From contig JALDXQ010000003.1 of NCBI GenBank assembly GCA_032156805.1, positions 6,466 through 70,465 on the forward strand: a stretch of 64,000 nucleotides of DNA, given 5' to 3'. This document shows, piece by piece, positions 1 through 8,788 of the stretch. Below the pieces are notes generated by a model. The model made no database searches, was not told where the DNA came from, and worked only from the letters and a program-made list of their open reading frames with translations. Position numbers and translations under genes: made by a program. This DNA comes from Acidobacteriota bacterium (GTDB lineage: Bacteria > Acidobacteriota > Vicinamibacteria > Vicinamibacterales > UBA2999). The first letter of the stretch is position 1, and every line of letters begins with the position of its first letter.

Positions 1-79
1 AAAGGGCGACGCCCAGCGCGAGGCAAGTCAGGGCAGTGGCGCTCGCTGGTTCACGCATGGTCTGACGGCCCCTTCCTTG

Positions 80-1279
80 TCACTGCGTCCCTGTTGGCGG
101 AGCCCCTCGACGGTTGCTCGGGGCGCCCTGAGCCCGGTCGAAGGGTGCGATTCCGAGAATCTTCGCCGGGTTGATCTTGAATAGCAAATCGAGCTCGCGC
201 TCGGTGAATCCGTTCGCGCGCAGCGCTTTTGCCGCGTTGGCCAGCGCGTCGGGCTGCCAGTTCGAGTTGAGCTGGCCCGTATCGCTCGACACGAACGCGT
301 GCTCGACGCCGGCGGCGCGGATGCCCTCGACGTACCGCTTCACGACCTCGGGCCGCGCGTTGGGGTTGCCGAACCCCGACGTGAACTCCGCATAGATCTC
401 GGGGCCGAGTGCAACCGTCTCTTTGATCTCCTCCGCTGTCATGTCCACGATGTCGAGCAGCGGGTGCGTGATGATGATGTGCTTCACCCCCACGCGCACC
501 GCTTCCTTGACGATCAGCTGCACCTCCGGCGGCGAGTTGTGTCCGGTCGCGAGGATGAGATCGCCGTTGCTGTCGCGCGTCTTGGCCTTGGCGATCACCG
601 CGAGGGCCTCTTTCACTTCCGGCAGCAGCTCGCCACCGTCGGGGCACGGCTTCGGATAGTTGATCCAGAAGGGGAGGCCTTTGCACTGCGCCACTGCCAC
701 GTACGCCGGCGGCCGGCGCGCCAGCCTGTGGATGCTGTTCTCCGAGTCCCAGCTCGGCATCCAAACGATGCGGCCCCATCCGCCTTTGATCTCGGCCATG
801 TGCGTGATCGCCCAGGGATTGACCTTCGTGCCGGTCGTCAGGTTGGAGCCCATGCCGCCGAAGATCTCCATGTCGGGATGGAGCTTGCGCATGTAGTAGG
901 CCAGCCCCGCGGTCTGATCGAGGTGGCCCTTGATGATGAACCCGCGCATGCCGGACGCTTTCGCTCGCGTGTAGAGATCCAGCGCGTCGATCGATCGCGC
1001 AGCCTGCCCGTAACTCGGCCCGAAGCTGTCGGGATCCTGGTGCGCGTGCATGTCGATCGCGCCCTTCAGCGCTGGATCGTTCGGCGCGGGATCGCTCAAC
1101 GAGTAGTTCGCACGTCCGCGTCCCGCCGGACCGCCCCCCTGCCCGCGATTGCCCTCGCCCGGCTCGCCGCGCTGCTCGGCCGCGCTGTTCTGACCCGTAC
1201 CGAGCGCCAGAGCCAGGCCGACGACGCATGCGCACACGGTCAGATGTCGTATGGAGCCGATTGATATCCGTGTCTTCAT
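80..1279 (-). CDS. Exported amidohydrolase-fold metalloprotein (DUF6282-like)
   Basis: Signal peptide; GAIDMHAHQDPD (HxH), LATGH, ITHP and SSDTGQ match TIM-barrel metallohydrolase ligand positions. Confidence 0.7.
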   Translation of the reverse strand: MKTRISIGSIRHLTVCACVVGLALALGTGQNSAAEQRGEPGEGNRGQGGGPAGRGRANYSLSDPAPNDPALKGAIDMHAHQDPDSFGPSYGQAARSIDALDLYTRAKASGMRGFIIKGHLDQTAGLAYYMRKLHPDMEIFGGMGSNLTTGTKVNPWAITHMAEIKGGWGRIVWMPSWDSENSIHRLARRPPAYVAVAQCKGLPFWINYPKPCPDGGELLPEVKEALAVIAKAKTRDSNGDLILATGHNSPPEVQLIVKEAVRVGVKHIIITHPLLDIVDMTAEEIKETVALGPEIYAEFTSGFGNPNARPEVVKRYVEGIRAAGVEHAFVSSDTGQLNSNWQPDALANAAKALRANGFTERELDLLFKINPAKILGIAPFDRAQGAPSNRRGAPPTGTQ

Positions 1280-1307
1280 CGTGGTTCCTCTCAGTGGAGC
1301 GACATTT

Positions 1308-1370
1308 CAACTCCCAACTCCCAAGGAACTGCGCATTGGGAGTTGGAGGTTGGAAGTTGGGCGTTGACGG
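1308..1370. repeat. Intergenic CTCCCAA/TTGGGAG heptamer hairpin repeat
   Basis: CAACTCCCAACTCCCAA...TTGGGAGTTGGAGGTTGGAAGTTGGGCGTTGAC; related sequences at 7611-7626 and 53478-53517. Confidence 0.7.
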
Positions 1371-1381
1371 CTTTGGTTCTA

Positions 1382-4300
1382 TCAGAAGTCCACTTGCGCA
1401 CTGAACTTCACCAGCCGCCCGTCGAGCACTTGCGTCGGCTGTCCCCATCGCGCGTTGTACGTGCCGAACAATGTGACCGGCGTATTGCTGTTGAAGAAAT
1501 TGTAAGCATCGACATTGAGCTGGAGCCGTGTCCCTCCCATCTGGAAGATCTTGGTGCCGCGCAGGTCGAACTGATTGATGCGCGGGCCGAAGGTCGAGAG
1601 CGGCGGGACGAGCGGAATGACGACCGACGTCACTCCTCCCGAGAGTGGCCGTCCCAGCGACGGCTGGATCTCGGCGAGCGTATAGGTGCGGTTGGCGCTG
1701 TAGTTCGCGCCCGGGTTGCTCTGGAAAACAGCGGCCACCTGGAGGCCGTACGGGAGCGTGTACGAGCCATTGAGCTTCACCCGGTTCTGATACGGCACGT
1801 TCACCTTGCAGTTGAACAGTTGCTGCGGTGAATCGATCACGTAGCAGGTGTCGGTCCCCGCCGAGGCGTTGCCGCCCGCCGCGGTACCGAGTTGCACGGC
1901 GTTGCCGATGTTCCAGCCGCCGCCGAGCGTGGCTCTGCCGAGCAGGCGAACCTGGAAATTGAGGTCCACGCCGTTGTAGATCTCCTCCTGCTTCCCGTAC
2001 GCGTCGTTGCGCGTAATCATGTTGTCCACCTGGCCGAACGCATTGGGGTTGATGTCGTAGAGCCCGCACAGTTGTTGCCCGCTCGTTTGCAGGCGGTCGT
2101 CCGCCGGTACCGTCACACAGTAGGGGCTGTAGTCGGCCGGCGTGACCCGCAGATTGTCCGTCACTTGGAAGTTGCCGTACCAGGTTCGGAAATAGCCCGC
2201 GTTCACCACCACGTTCGGGATCACCTCGCGATCGATGTTGATCGACGTCTGCCAGTTGTAGGTGCGCTTGCCCCAGCCCGTGATCCAGCCAGGATCAGGC
2301 GAATTCACCGGCACGTAGGTACCGAAATTGGGGTTGGCCATGGCGCCGCACTCGCCGTTGGCCGTTGTCGCGACGAGGTCGCAGTCGGGCAGGAAGTTAC
2401 CGCGGCGCGGATCGCCCACCGGGAACGTCGTGTCGTTCCACGAGCGCGTCGTGCTGTTCACTGCTCCGGCGGCCTGATCGAAGAGTTGCGCCAGACCGGT
2501 CGTGTTCGACTGCACGTAGCGGTTGATGCCGAACTTGATCGCCGTCTTCCCGCTGCCAGTTGGATCCCACACGACTGCGAATCGCGGATTGAGGTCTTTC
2601 CAGTTGGGCACGTCCGTGCGCGCGGGATAGCTGCGCGCCGGCACCAGCATGCCGGCCGGGACCTCGGTGGCTTTCACCGACTCGCGAAGCCAGTCGAACC
2701 GCAGTCCCGCGCTGAACGTGAAACGATCGATGCGCCATTGGTCCTGCACGTAGAGACCGAGATCGGGATTGAGCTGGTCGATGGTGTAGATGGGCGACGC
2801 GAACTGCGTGAGCGAACGCGGTGAGCCGTTGAAGAAGCTGTACGACACCGGCAGCCCGTTCACCTGCGTGGGTCCGCGCGTCGTGTACGAGCGATGGCCC
2901 CCGCCCAGGCCGTACATCCAGAAGACGCCCGTCTTCACGGTGTGCTGTCCCTTGATGATCGACACGTTGAAGCGCCCGTTCGACTGGTGCGACAGGCTCA
3001 TGTTCCGGTTGCCGACGCCGTTGTAGGTGAACCCGAGGCCGGTGTCGTTGATCGACACGTTGTCCTGGATCCCTCCGCCGCAGCCTTCGTAATCCGACAG
3101 GAACAGATCCTCACCGAAACCGCCGAAGTTGAATTTGCTCACCGTGACGCCGGCGTCGAACAGGAGCGCGTTCGAGTGCGGCCGGCTCCACGATCCCTGG
3201 AGCACCTCGTGGCGCTGGCAATAGCCCGGGTTGCCCTCGTTCTTGATGGTGCCGGTCTCGAGCTGCCCGGTCAGCTGGTCCTGGAAATTCCGTTGCTTGT
3301 CCCACGAGAAGGAGAGCTTGTCCTTCGAGCTTGCCTGGTAGGTGAGTCGGGCGCCGATGCCCTTGTTCGACTCCTCGGGCTCGATCGGGCTGGTGCTGTC
3401 CGGCGTGTAGAGGAAGTCGCTCACGTTCGTGTCCGCAAACAGGTTGGCGACGCCGGTCGTCGTCCCCCATCGGCGCGCCGAGGCAAAGAACCAGAGGCGA
3501 TCGGCCAGCACGGGGCCCCCGAACGCGACGTTGAAGTCGTAGACCTTCTGGACGCTGTTGACCGACGTCAACCCCTGCGCGATGAGGTCGTCATCGAGGT
3601 TGTTGCTCTGAAGGGCATCGCCCGTGCCGGCGACGAAGAACGATCCCGTGAAGCGGTTGCCTCCGTCCCTGGGAATGCTGTTCACCTGCGCGCCGCCGAG
3701 CGAATACACGGCCGAGCCCATCGTCCCGAGATCGACAACGACCTCCTGCACGGCGAGCGGATTCACGTAGTAGCCGCGCCCCGTGCCTTCGAGGGTGCCG
3801 ATGCCTGGCGTCAACGCGTTGTAGCGCATCCCGTCCTGCAGCAGGCGCGAGTCGAACGTCTTGCCGCCGTGCACGGTGATGCGGACGGAACGCTCACCCT
3901 TGCTGCCGCCCACGTCCTGCGCATTGGGCGGCTCGACGACCGCGGGAATCAGCGCCGCTATGCCCAGCACGCTCTTGGCGGTGGGCACAGTGTCGAGCAC
4001 ATCTTTCGTGACCGTGCGCTGCTGGGTCGCGCTCTGCACGTCCACCAGTGGCGTGGCACCTGACACGGTGATCGTCTCCTCGAGTTGGCTGAGCGTGAGC
4101 TCCGCGTCCACCTGTGCGGTGAAGTTGGTGCGCAGCTCGAGGCCCTCGCGCTTCAGCGTCGAGAAGCCGGTGAGTGAAAACGTGACGGTGTATGTGCCAG
4201 GCCTCAGCTCGGGCAACCGATACTGGCCGCCATCGTCGGTGATGGTTGATCGAACTTTTTCGATGAGAGCCGGGCTGGCGGCCTCGATGGTCACGCCGGG

Positions 4301-4435
4301 AAGCACGGCGCCCGATGCGTCACGAACGACGCCGGAGATAGTGGCCGTACTGGCGCCTTGCGCCAGCGCCGACGCGGGGATCAGGCTCAGAACGACGACC
4401 AGGCATGCGCGACGACCGAAAGGTGCCAACAGCAC
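1382..4435 (-). CDS. TonB-dependent receptor with N-terminal carboxypeptidase-regulatory-like domain
   Basis: ISGVVRDASGAVLPGVTIEAASPAL N-domain, GLYVQDQW, C-terminal VDF; GTG start at 4435 after AAGGAGG. Confidence 0.9.
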   Translation of the reverse strand: MLLAPFGRRACLVVVLSLIPASALAQGASTATISGVVRDASGAVLPGVTIEAASPALIEKVRSTITDDGGQYRLPELRPGTYTVTFSLTGFSTLKREGLELRTNFTAQVDAELTLSQLEETITVSGATPLVDVQSATQQRTVTKDVLDTVPTAKSVLGIAALIPAVVEPPNAQDVGGSKGERSVRITVHGGKTFDSRLLQDGMRYNALTPGIGTLEGTGRGYYVNPLAVQEVVVDLGTMGSAVYSLGGAQVNSIPRDGGNRFTGSFFVAGTGDALQSNNLDDDLIAQGLTSVNSVQKVYDFNVAFGGPVLADRLWFFASARRWGTTTGVANLFADTNVSDFLYTPDSTSPIEPEESNKGIGARLTYQASSKDKLSFSWDKQRNFQDQLTGQLETGTIKNEGNPGYCQRHEVLQGSWSRPHSNALLFDAGVTVSKFNFGGFGEDLFLSDYEGCGGGIQDNVSINDTGLGFTYNGVGNRNMSLSHQSNGRFNVSIIKGQHTVKTGVFWMYGLGGGHRSYTTRGPTQVNGLPVSYSFFNGSPRSLTQFASPIYTIDQLNPDLGLYVQDQWRIDRFTFSAGLRFDWLRESVKATEVPAGMLVPARSYPARTDVPNWKDLNPRFAVVWDPTGSGKTAIKFGINRYVQSNTTGLAQLFDQAAGAVNSTTRSWNDTTFPVGDPRRGNFLPDCDLVATTANGECGAMANPNFGTYVPVNSPDPGWITGWGKRTYNWQTSINIDREVIPNVVVNAGYFRTWYGNFQVTDNLRVTPADYSPYCVTVPADDRLQTSGQQLCGLYDINPNAFGQVDNMITRNDAYGKQEEIYNGVDLNFQVRLLGRATLGGGWNIGNAVQLGTAAGGNASAGTDTCYVIDSPQQLFNCKVNVPYQNRVKLNGSYTLPYGLQVAAVFQSNPGANYSANRTYTLAEIQPSLGRPLSGGVTSVVIPLVPPLSTFGPRINQFDLRGTKIFQMGGTRLQLNVDAYNFFNSNTPVTLFGTYNARWGQPTQVLDGRLVKFSAQVDF

Positions 4436-4518
4436 TGCTCCCTCCTTGTGTGATGCGCAACGACAAGCGGCGAAGGAGGCGCGCGGCGGGGGACAGCCCC
4501 ACAACACGAGCCGCGCGG

Positions 4519-4586
4519 ATTATGAGAAGCGCGCGGGCGGTGACTCAATGCAGGAATTGTCATCAATTGTCATCCTTCGGATGACA
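4519..4586 (-). promoter_or_regulatory. Putative promoter (CATAAT -10) with OmpR/PhoB-like direct-repeat box
   Basis: ATTATG at 4519-4524; TTGTCATCAATTGTCA at 4557-4572, identical to 8701-8716; extra inverted half-site forms TGTCATCC-TTC-GGATGACA. Confidence 0.7.
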
Positions 4587-4688
4587 CGTCACGCGAGTTG
4601 GAGTGTGGCGAAGGTGGACGCGCGACACACACAAATCCCGACACGCCTGGAAGCGCGCGATCGATCGCGAGGTCCAACGGGCTGCCGT

Positions 4689-5255
4689 CTACTTCTTCAA
4701 CAACGGGTGCACGTACCCTGCGGGCAGCACGTGATCTGGATCCGGCCGCACCGAGACGTACTCGACGTGATCGTCGACGTCGGTGAAGCCGTGATAGACG
4801 CCAGGCGGGATGATGACGATGTCACCGGGGCCGACCTTTCGCGTTTGCGCCGCCTGCCGGAACGTGCCCTGGTTGCTGGGGCCAACCGCGATCTTCACGA
4901 TCTCGCCGTCCGCGGGAAGCGGTTTCGCGCCGTCCACGGCCCCGCCCGTCAGCAGCGTCCCCGATCCCGAGATGACGTAATAAACCTCGGTCACGTGTTC
5001 GTGGTTGATCGCGCTCACTGGAGCGCCAGGCTTCGTCCTGCCGCGGCGCAGCACACCGACGCTGACGTTGTACTTGCCCATGTCCACGACTTTCATCTGC
5101 CGATCCCCGCCACCGGTCGGCGCCGTGATGACGGTTTGCACGTCGGCGGCGGTGATGTCGGTCGCCAGTGTTGGTGGTTGTCCGCCCTGAGTGAGCGTGC
5201 CGGCCTGCGACAGCATGACGAGGACGAAGACGATGGCAAGCGCAATGCGATTCAT
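4689..5255 (-). CDS. Exported cupin-domain protein
   Basis: Signal peptide MNRIALAIVFVL; cupin motifs NHEHVTEVYYVISGSG and GDIVIIPPGVYHGF. Confidence 0.85.
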   Translation of the reverse strand: MNRIALAIVFVLVMLSQAGTLTQGGQPPTLATDITAADVQTVITAPTGGGDRQMKVVDMGKYNVSVGVLRRGRTKPGAPVSAINHEHVTEVYYVISGSGTLLTGGAVDGAKPLPADGEIVKIAVGPSNQGTFRQAAQTRKVGPGDIVIIPPGVYHGFTDVDDHVEYVSVRPDPDHVLPAGYVHPLLKK

Positions 5256-5269
5256 GAAGGAACCTCCCA

Positions 5270-7597
5270 TTACTTCTTCACCCATTTCTGCAGGCACCCG
5301 CCTGATGGACTGGCGTCGCATCCTCCCGTGAGTCCCGCGAAGACGTTGCCCTCGTTGTCGGCGCCCATGCCCTCGGGCCGGGTGCCCTGGACGTAGTAGC
5401 GGAGCGATCCGTCCTTCGCGCTGCCGATCCTGATGCCGTTGCCCCACCCGGGATTACGCACCACGCTCCCGCCACCCTCGGGCGCCTGCGGCGGACCGCC
5501 GATGAACTGGCTCGATTCGGAGTCGGCCACGATGATCGTGTCGTCTTTGAGGATCGCGATGCCGCTCGGCCGGCCGAAGTGGCGCCATTCGTCGACGAAC
5601 TGCATGTCGCGATCGAAGACCTGCACGCGGTTGTTCGAGCGGTCCGCGACGAACAGCCGTCCCTGCGAGTCGAACGCGAGCGCGTGAGGCCCCATGAACT
5701 CGCCCGGTGCCGTTCCCATCCTGCCGTACTGCGCGACGAAGGTTCCGTCGGTCTTGAGCCGCACCAGCCGATCGCCATCCTGCTGGGCGTCGGTCGGCCG
5801 CGGCCAGTGCCCGTCGGCGACGATGATGTCGCCGTTTGGTGCGATCGCGCACGCGGTTGGCCCGATGAACGTGTCGGTGCCGGCCCGCGAAACGCCGGCC
5901 TTACCGAGCGACAGCAGCACTTTCCCGTCGGGACTGAACTTGAACAACTGGAAGCCACGCCCCTTGGTTGCGGGGTTGTCCGCGAACGGGCCGCTGTCGC
6001 CGGCCCAGAAGTTCCCGTCGCGGTCCTGACAGAATCCGTGCGCCTGCACGAACATGCCGTTGCCGAACCGGCGATCGACTGCACCCGACGCGTCGATGTG
6101 CAGAATCGGCGGTTCCGATCGATGGTGCAGCCACGTGCCGCCCTTGCCGTCAGGGATGATGCCGATGGCGGCGCCCGGCTTGATGTCGCCGAGTCGCGGC
6201 CAATTCGGGGTCACTTGGTACGGGCTCGCCATCGTGCTCGTCCAGGGCGGATAGCCGCCGCGTGCCTGGCCGGGCGGTGGAAACCCGCGCGGACCGCTGC
6301 TCTGGGGTGACGCAGCAGCGGGCGCCGGCGCGGCCTGCCCTGATGCGGTCGGCGTCGCGGCGAGTTGCGCAGGCGTCAATGCGTTTGGCGGGAGCGTGCT
6401 CGAGAGTCCTTTGAACATGAATCGCTGCGCGCGCGCCCCCGGCGCGACCTCACCGGTGTAGAGGTTGCCCCTGGAATCGATCGCGAGGTGATGCAAGCCC
6501 TGAAAGTCTCCCGGCTTTTCGCTCCGTTGCCCGAACTGATAGAGAAGTTGAAGGCTTCTGCGATCGAGCACCGCAATGTGCGAGTTGCCGTAGTCGGCGA
6601 CATAGAGAAAGTCCTGCTGCGCGTCGGGGGAGAACGCCAGCCCCGCTGCCGACTGCGGAGACGGCCCGGATCGATTGATGAACGTTTGCGTGACGAACTT
6701 TCCGTCCGGCGTGAAGACCTGCACACGGCGGTTCGGACGGTCGGCCACGTAGACGAGTCCGTCGTTGGAGACCTTCACGGCGTGCACGGGCCCGCCGAAC
6801 TGCTGCGAGCCGGTGCCTTCGGTATCGAGAGCCGGAGTCGCGCCACGGCCGCCGCCCGCATTCGCGCCGCCGCGAGCGCCTCCTGTTCCTCCTCCACGTG
6901 GCGCGGCCGGCACGTCGATCGGCACATTGCCGAATGCGCCCCACTGCCGTTTGAATGCTCCGGTGTCGGCGTCGAAGACGATGACGCGACGGTTGCCATA
7001 GCCGTCGGCGACAAACGCCTCGTTTGTCTTGGGCCACACGAAGACGTCAGCCGACTGGTGGACGGTCTTCGTATCAGCGTTGCCCGTGCTCTTGCTCCTG
7101 CCGCCGATCTGCAGCACGAACTTTCCCTTGTTGTCGAATTTGAGGAGCATGTCGTCGTCGAGATTCCGAAGCGACGGTGCGATCGGTGCGCTGCCGCCGA
7201 TCCATACGTTGTCCTTGTAATCGACCGCGATGCCGTGTTCGCTGTCCGGCCAGTCGTAGCCCGAACCGGGGCCGCCCCACGCGTTGACGAATTTCCCCGA
7301 TGCATCGAACTCCAGCACCGGTGGCGCCGCATGGCTGCGGCGATCCTCAGGAATCGTGTTCGGGCGGTGCAGCATCCAGACGTGATCGCGCCGATCCACA
7401 GCTACCGACGCGACGTGTCCCACGACCCAGTTGGTCGGCAGCTTCGGCCATGCCGGGTCGACTTCGAAGACGGGGACCTGTCTCGCACCCGAAGACGATT
7501 GCGCGTGCGCGCCAGAGTTCGAGAGCGTTACCACTGCCGCCATCAGCACGAGACCGACAACGACGACGCTGAAATTCCGCCAGGTTGATCTATGCAT
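5270..7597 (-). CDS. Exported protein with two tandem NHL-repeat beta-propellers (PAL-like)
   Basis: Signal peptide; repeated NHL motifs (FVADGYGNRRVIVFD, YVADRPNRRVQVF, FVADRSNNRVQVFD); two domains starting FEVDPAWPKLP and YQVTPNWPRLG, joined by an Ala/Pro linker. Confidence 0.85.
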   Translation of the reverse strand: MHRSTWRNFSVVVVGLVLMAAVVTLSNSGAHAQSSSGARQVPVFEVDPAWPKLPTNWVVGHVASVAVDRRDHVWMLHRPNTIPEDRRSHAAPPVLEFDASGKFVNAWGGPGSGYDWPDSEHGIAVDYKDNVWIGGSAPIAPSLRNLDDDMLLKFDNKGKFVLQIGGRSKSTGNADTKTVHQSADVFVWPKTNEAFVADGYGNRRVIVFDADTGAFKRQWGAFGNVPIDVPAAPRGGGTGGARGGANAGGGRGATPALDTEGTGSQQFGGPVHAVKVSNDGLVYVADRPNRRVQVFTPDGKFVTQTFINRSGPSPQSAAGLAFSPDAQQDFLYVADYGNSHIAVLDRRSLQLLYQFGQRSEKPGDFQGLHHLAIDSRGNLYTGEVAPGARAQRFMFKGLSSTLPPNALTPAQLAATPTASGQAAPAPAAASPQSSGPRGFPPPGQARGGYPPWTSTMASPYQVTPNWPRLGDIKPGAAIGIIPDGKGGTWLHHRSEPPILHIDASGAVDRRFGNGMFVQAHGFCQDRDGNFWAGDSGPFADNPATKGRGFQLFKFSPDGKVLLSLGKAGVSRAGTDTFIGPTACAIAPNGDIIVADGHWPRPTDAQQDGDRLVRLKTDGTFVAQYGRMGTAPGEFMGPHALAFDSQGRLFVADRSNNRVQVFDRDMQFVDEWRHFGRPSGIAILKDDTIIVADSESSQFIGGPPQAPEGGGSVVRNPGWGNGIRIGSAKDGSLRYYVQGTRPEGMGADNEGNVFAGLTGGCDASPSGGCLQKWVKK

Positions 7598-7627
7598 TGG
7601 ACTCGCCTCAGTCAACGCCCAACTCCG

Positions 7628-8641
7628 CTATGGAACGGCGCGAGCCGTTCCATAGTTGTCGTCCCAGCGGATGTTCAGCCAGAAGATGTCAGGCGACACC
7701 TGGCTGAAGCCGTGGTAGAAGTTCGACGGGTGGAAGAACACGTCGCCCGGTTTGGTCACCACTGACACGCCCGTATTGGGTACGCGTTCGCCGTCCTTGA
7801 CCTGATACCCCGTGTTCACAGTGGCGCCGCCGGCCAGCACGTACCACGTGTCGATCGTCTGCTCGTGCGACTCCACCGACGGCGTGCCGTTCCATCGCAG
7901 GTTCACGTTGTAGCGCCCACCCTCGATCAGCCGTGTATTACCGGACTTCTTCAGGCGCATGCCTGCCATGATCTGCTCGAGCTGCTGCTTCGAGAAGAAC
8001 AGCTCGCCGCTGCCGCCGTAGCTGTAGGGCAGTGCCTGCTGGCTGCCTGGCGGCAGTGAGGGACCGCGTCCGCGGCCGCCACCCGCGCGGCCGAGGAGGC
8101 CATTCAATGTGCCAGCCCCCATCGGAGAATCGGGCGGCCAGTCCGTGTCCCACCGCACGTTCAGCCACGTGATGTTCTTGTCGACACCGCTCACGCCGTG
8201 CGGCAGTCCTGAGGGGATGTAGACGATGTCGCCCGTCTTGATCTGGCGGCTCTGACCGCCATTGATCTTGCCCTTCTCGAGCACGCCTCCGGTGGTCAGC
8301 GTGCCGCCGCCCTCGAGCACGACCCAGAGGTCCGCAGTGATCGGGTGGACCAGCCCTGTCTCGGCGGCAGTGATGCGGCGGATGTTCACGTTGTACTTGC
8401 CGCCTTCAATCATGCGAAGCGTCTGGAGCTTCTTCGCATCCATGTCCTTCAGGTGCTGCGCCAGCTGTTCTCTGGGAATGGCGATCGAGTGGTCCCTGGG
8501 CGCCTGCTGCAGGATGACCGTTCGCCCCTCGCCGCCTCGTCCGCGGCCCGCTCCGTCGGCCGGCGCCTGTGCGCCGCCCTGTGCGAGCCCGATGGACCCG
8601 CAGGCCACGATGAGTGCCGCCCGGATCGCCGTGTTCCGCAT
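7628..8641 (-). CDS. Exported bicupin protein
   Basis: AAGGAG RBS before MRNTAIR; two internal repeats (RMIEGGKYNVNIR / RLIEGGRYNVNLR), each with cupin His motifs (GLPHG, NFYHG). Confidence 0.8.
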   Translation of the reverse strand: MRNTAIRAALIVACGSIGLAQGGAQAPADGAGRGRGGEGRTVILQQAPRDHSIAIPREQLAQHLKDMDAKKLQTLRMIEGGKYNVNIRRITAAETGLVHPITADLWVVLEGGGTLTTGGVLEKGKINGGQSRQIKTGDIVYIPSGLPHGVSGVDKNITWLNVRWDTDWPPDSPMGAGTLNGLLGRAGGGRGRGPSLPPGSQQALPYSYGGSGELFFSKQQLEQIMAGMRLKKSGNTRLIEGGRYNVNLRWNGTPSVESHEQTIDTWYVLAGGATVNTGYQVKDGERVPNTGVSVVTKPGDVFFHPSNFYHGFSQVSPDIFWLNIRWDDNYGTARAVP

Positions 8642-8663
8642 GACTGCTCCTTTACCGCCGCGC

Positions 8664-8717
8664 ATTATGAGCGGCGGCGCCCGGGCTGCAGCCGTGGCAT
8701 TTGTCATCAATTGTCAC
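8664..8717 (-). promoter_or_regulatory. Putative promoter (CATAAT -10) with second copy of the direct-repeat box
   Basis: ATTATG at 8664-8669; TTGTCATCAATTGTCA at 8701-8716. Confidence 0.7.
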
Positions 8718-8788
8718 TGAGGGAGGGAGACGCATCCGAACAGTTGGCGTTCCCGTATAATCCCGGTTCGTTCGCGGGGAGAGGGCCT

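Noticed and set aside
51-2069. 672-aa minus-strand ORF and other long overlapping ORFs (e.g. 46972-49239, 13707-15353, 3861-5396)
   Set aside because: Arg/Ala/Pro-rich shadow frames of real genes, expected in high-GC DNA; no motifs.
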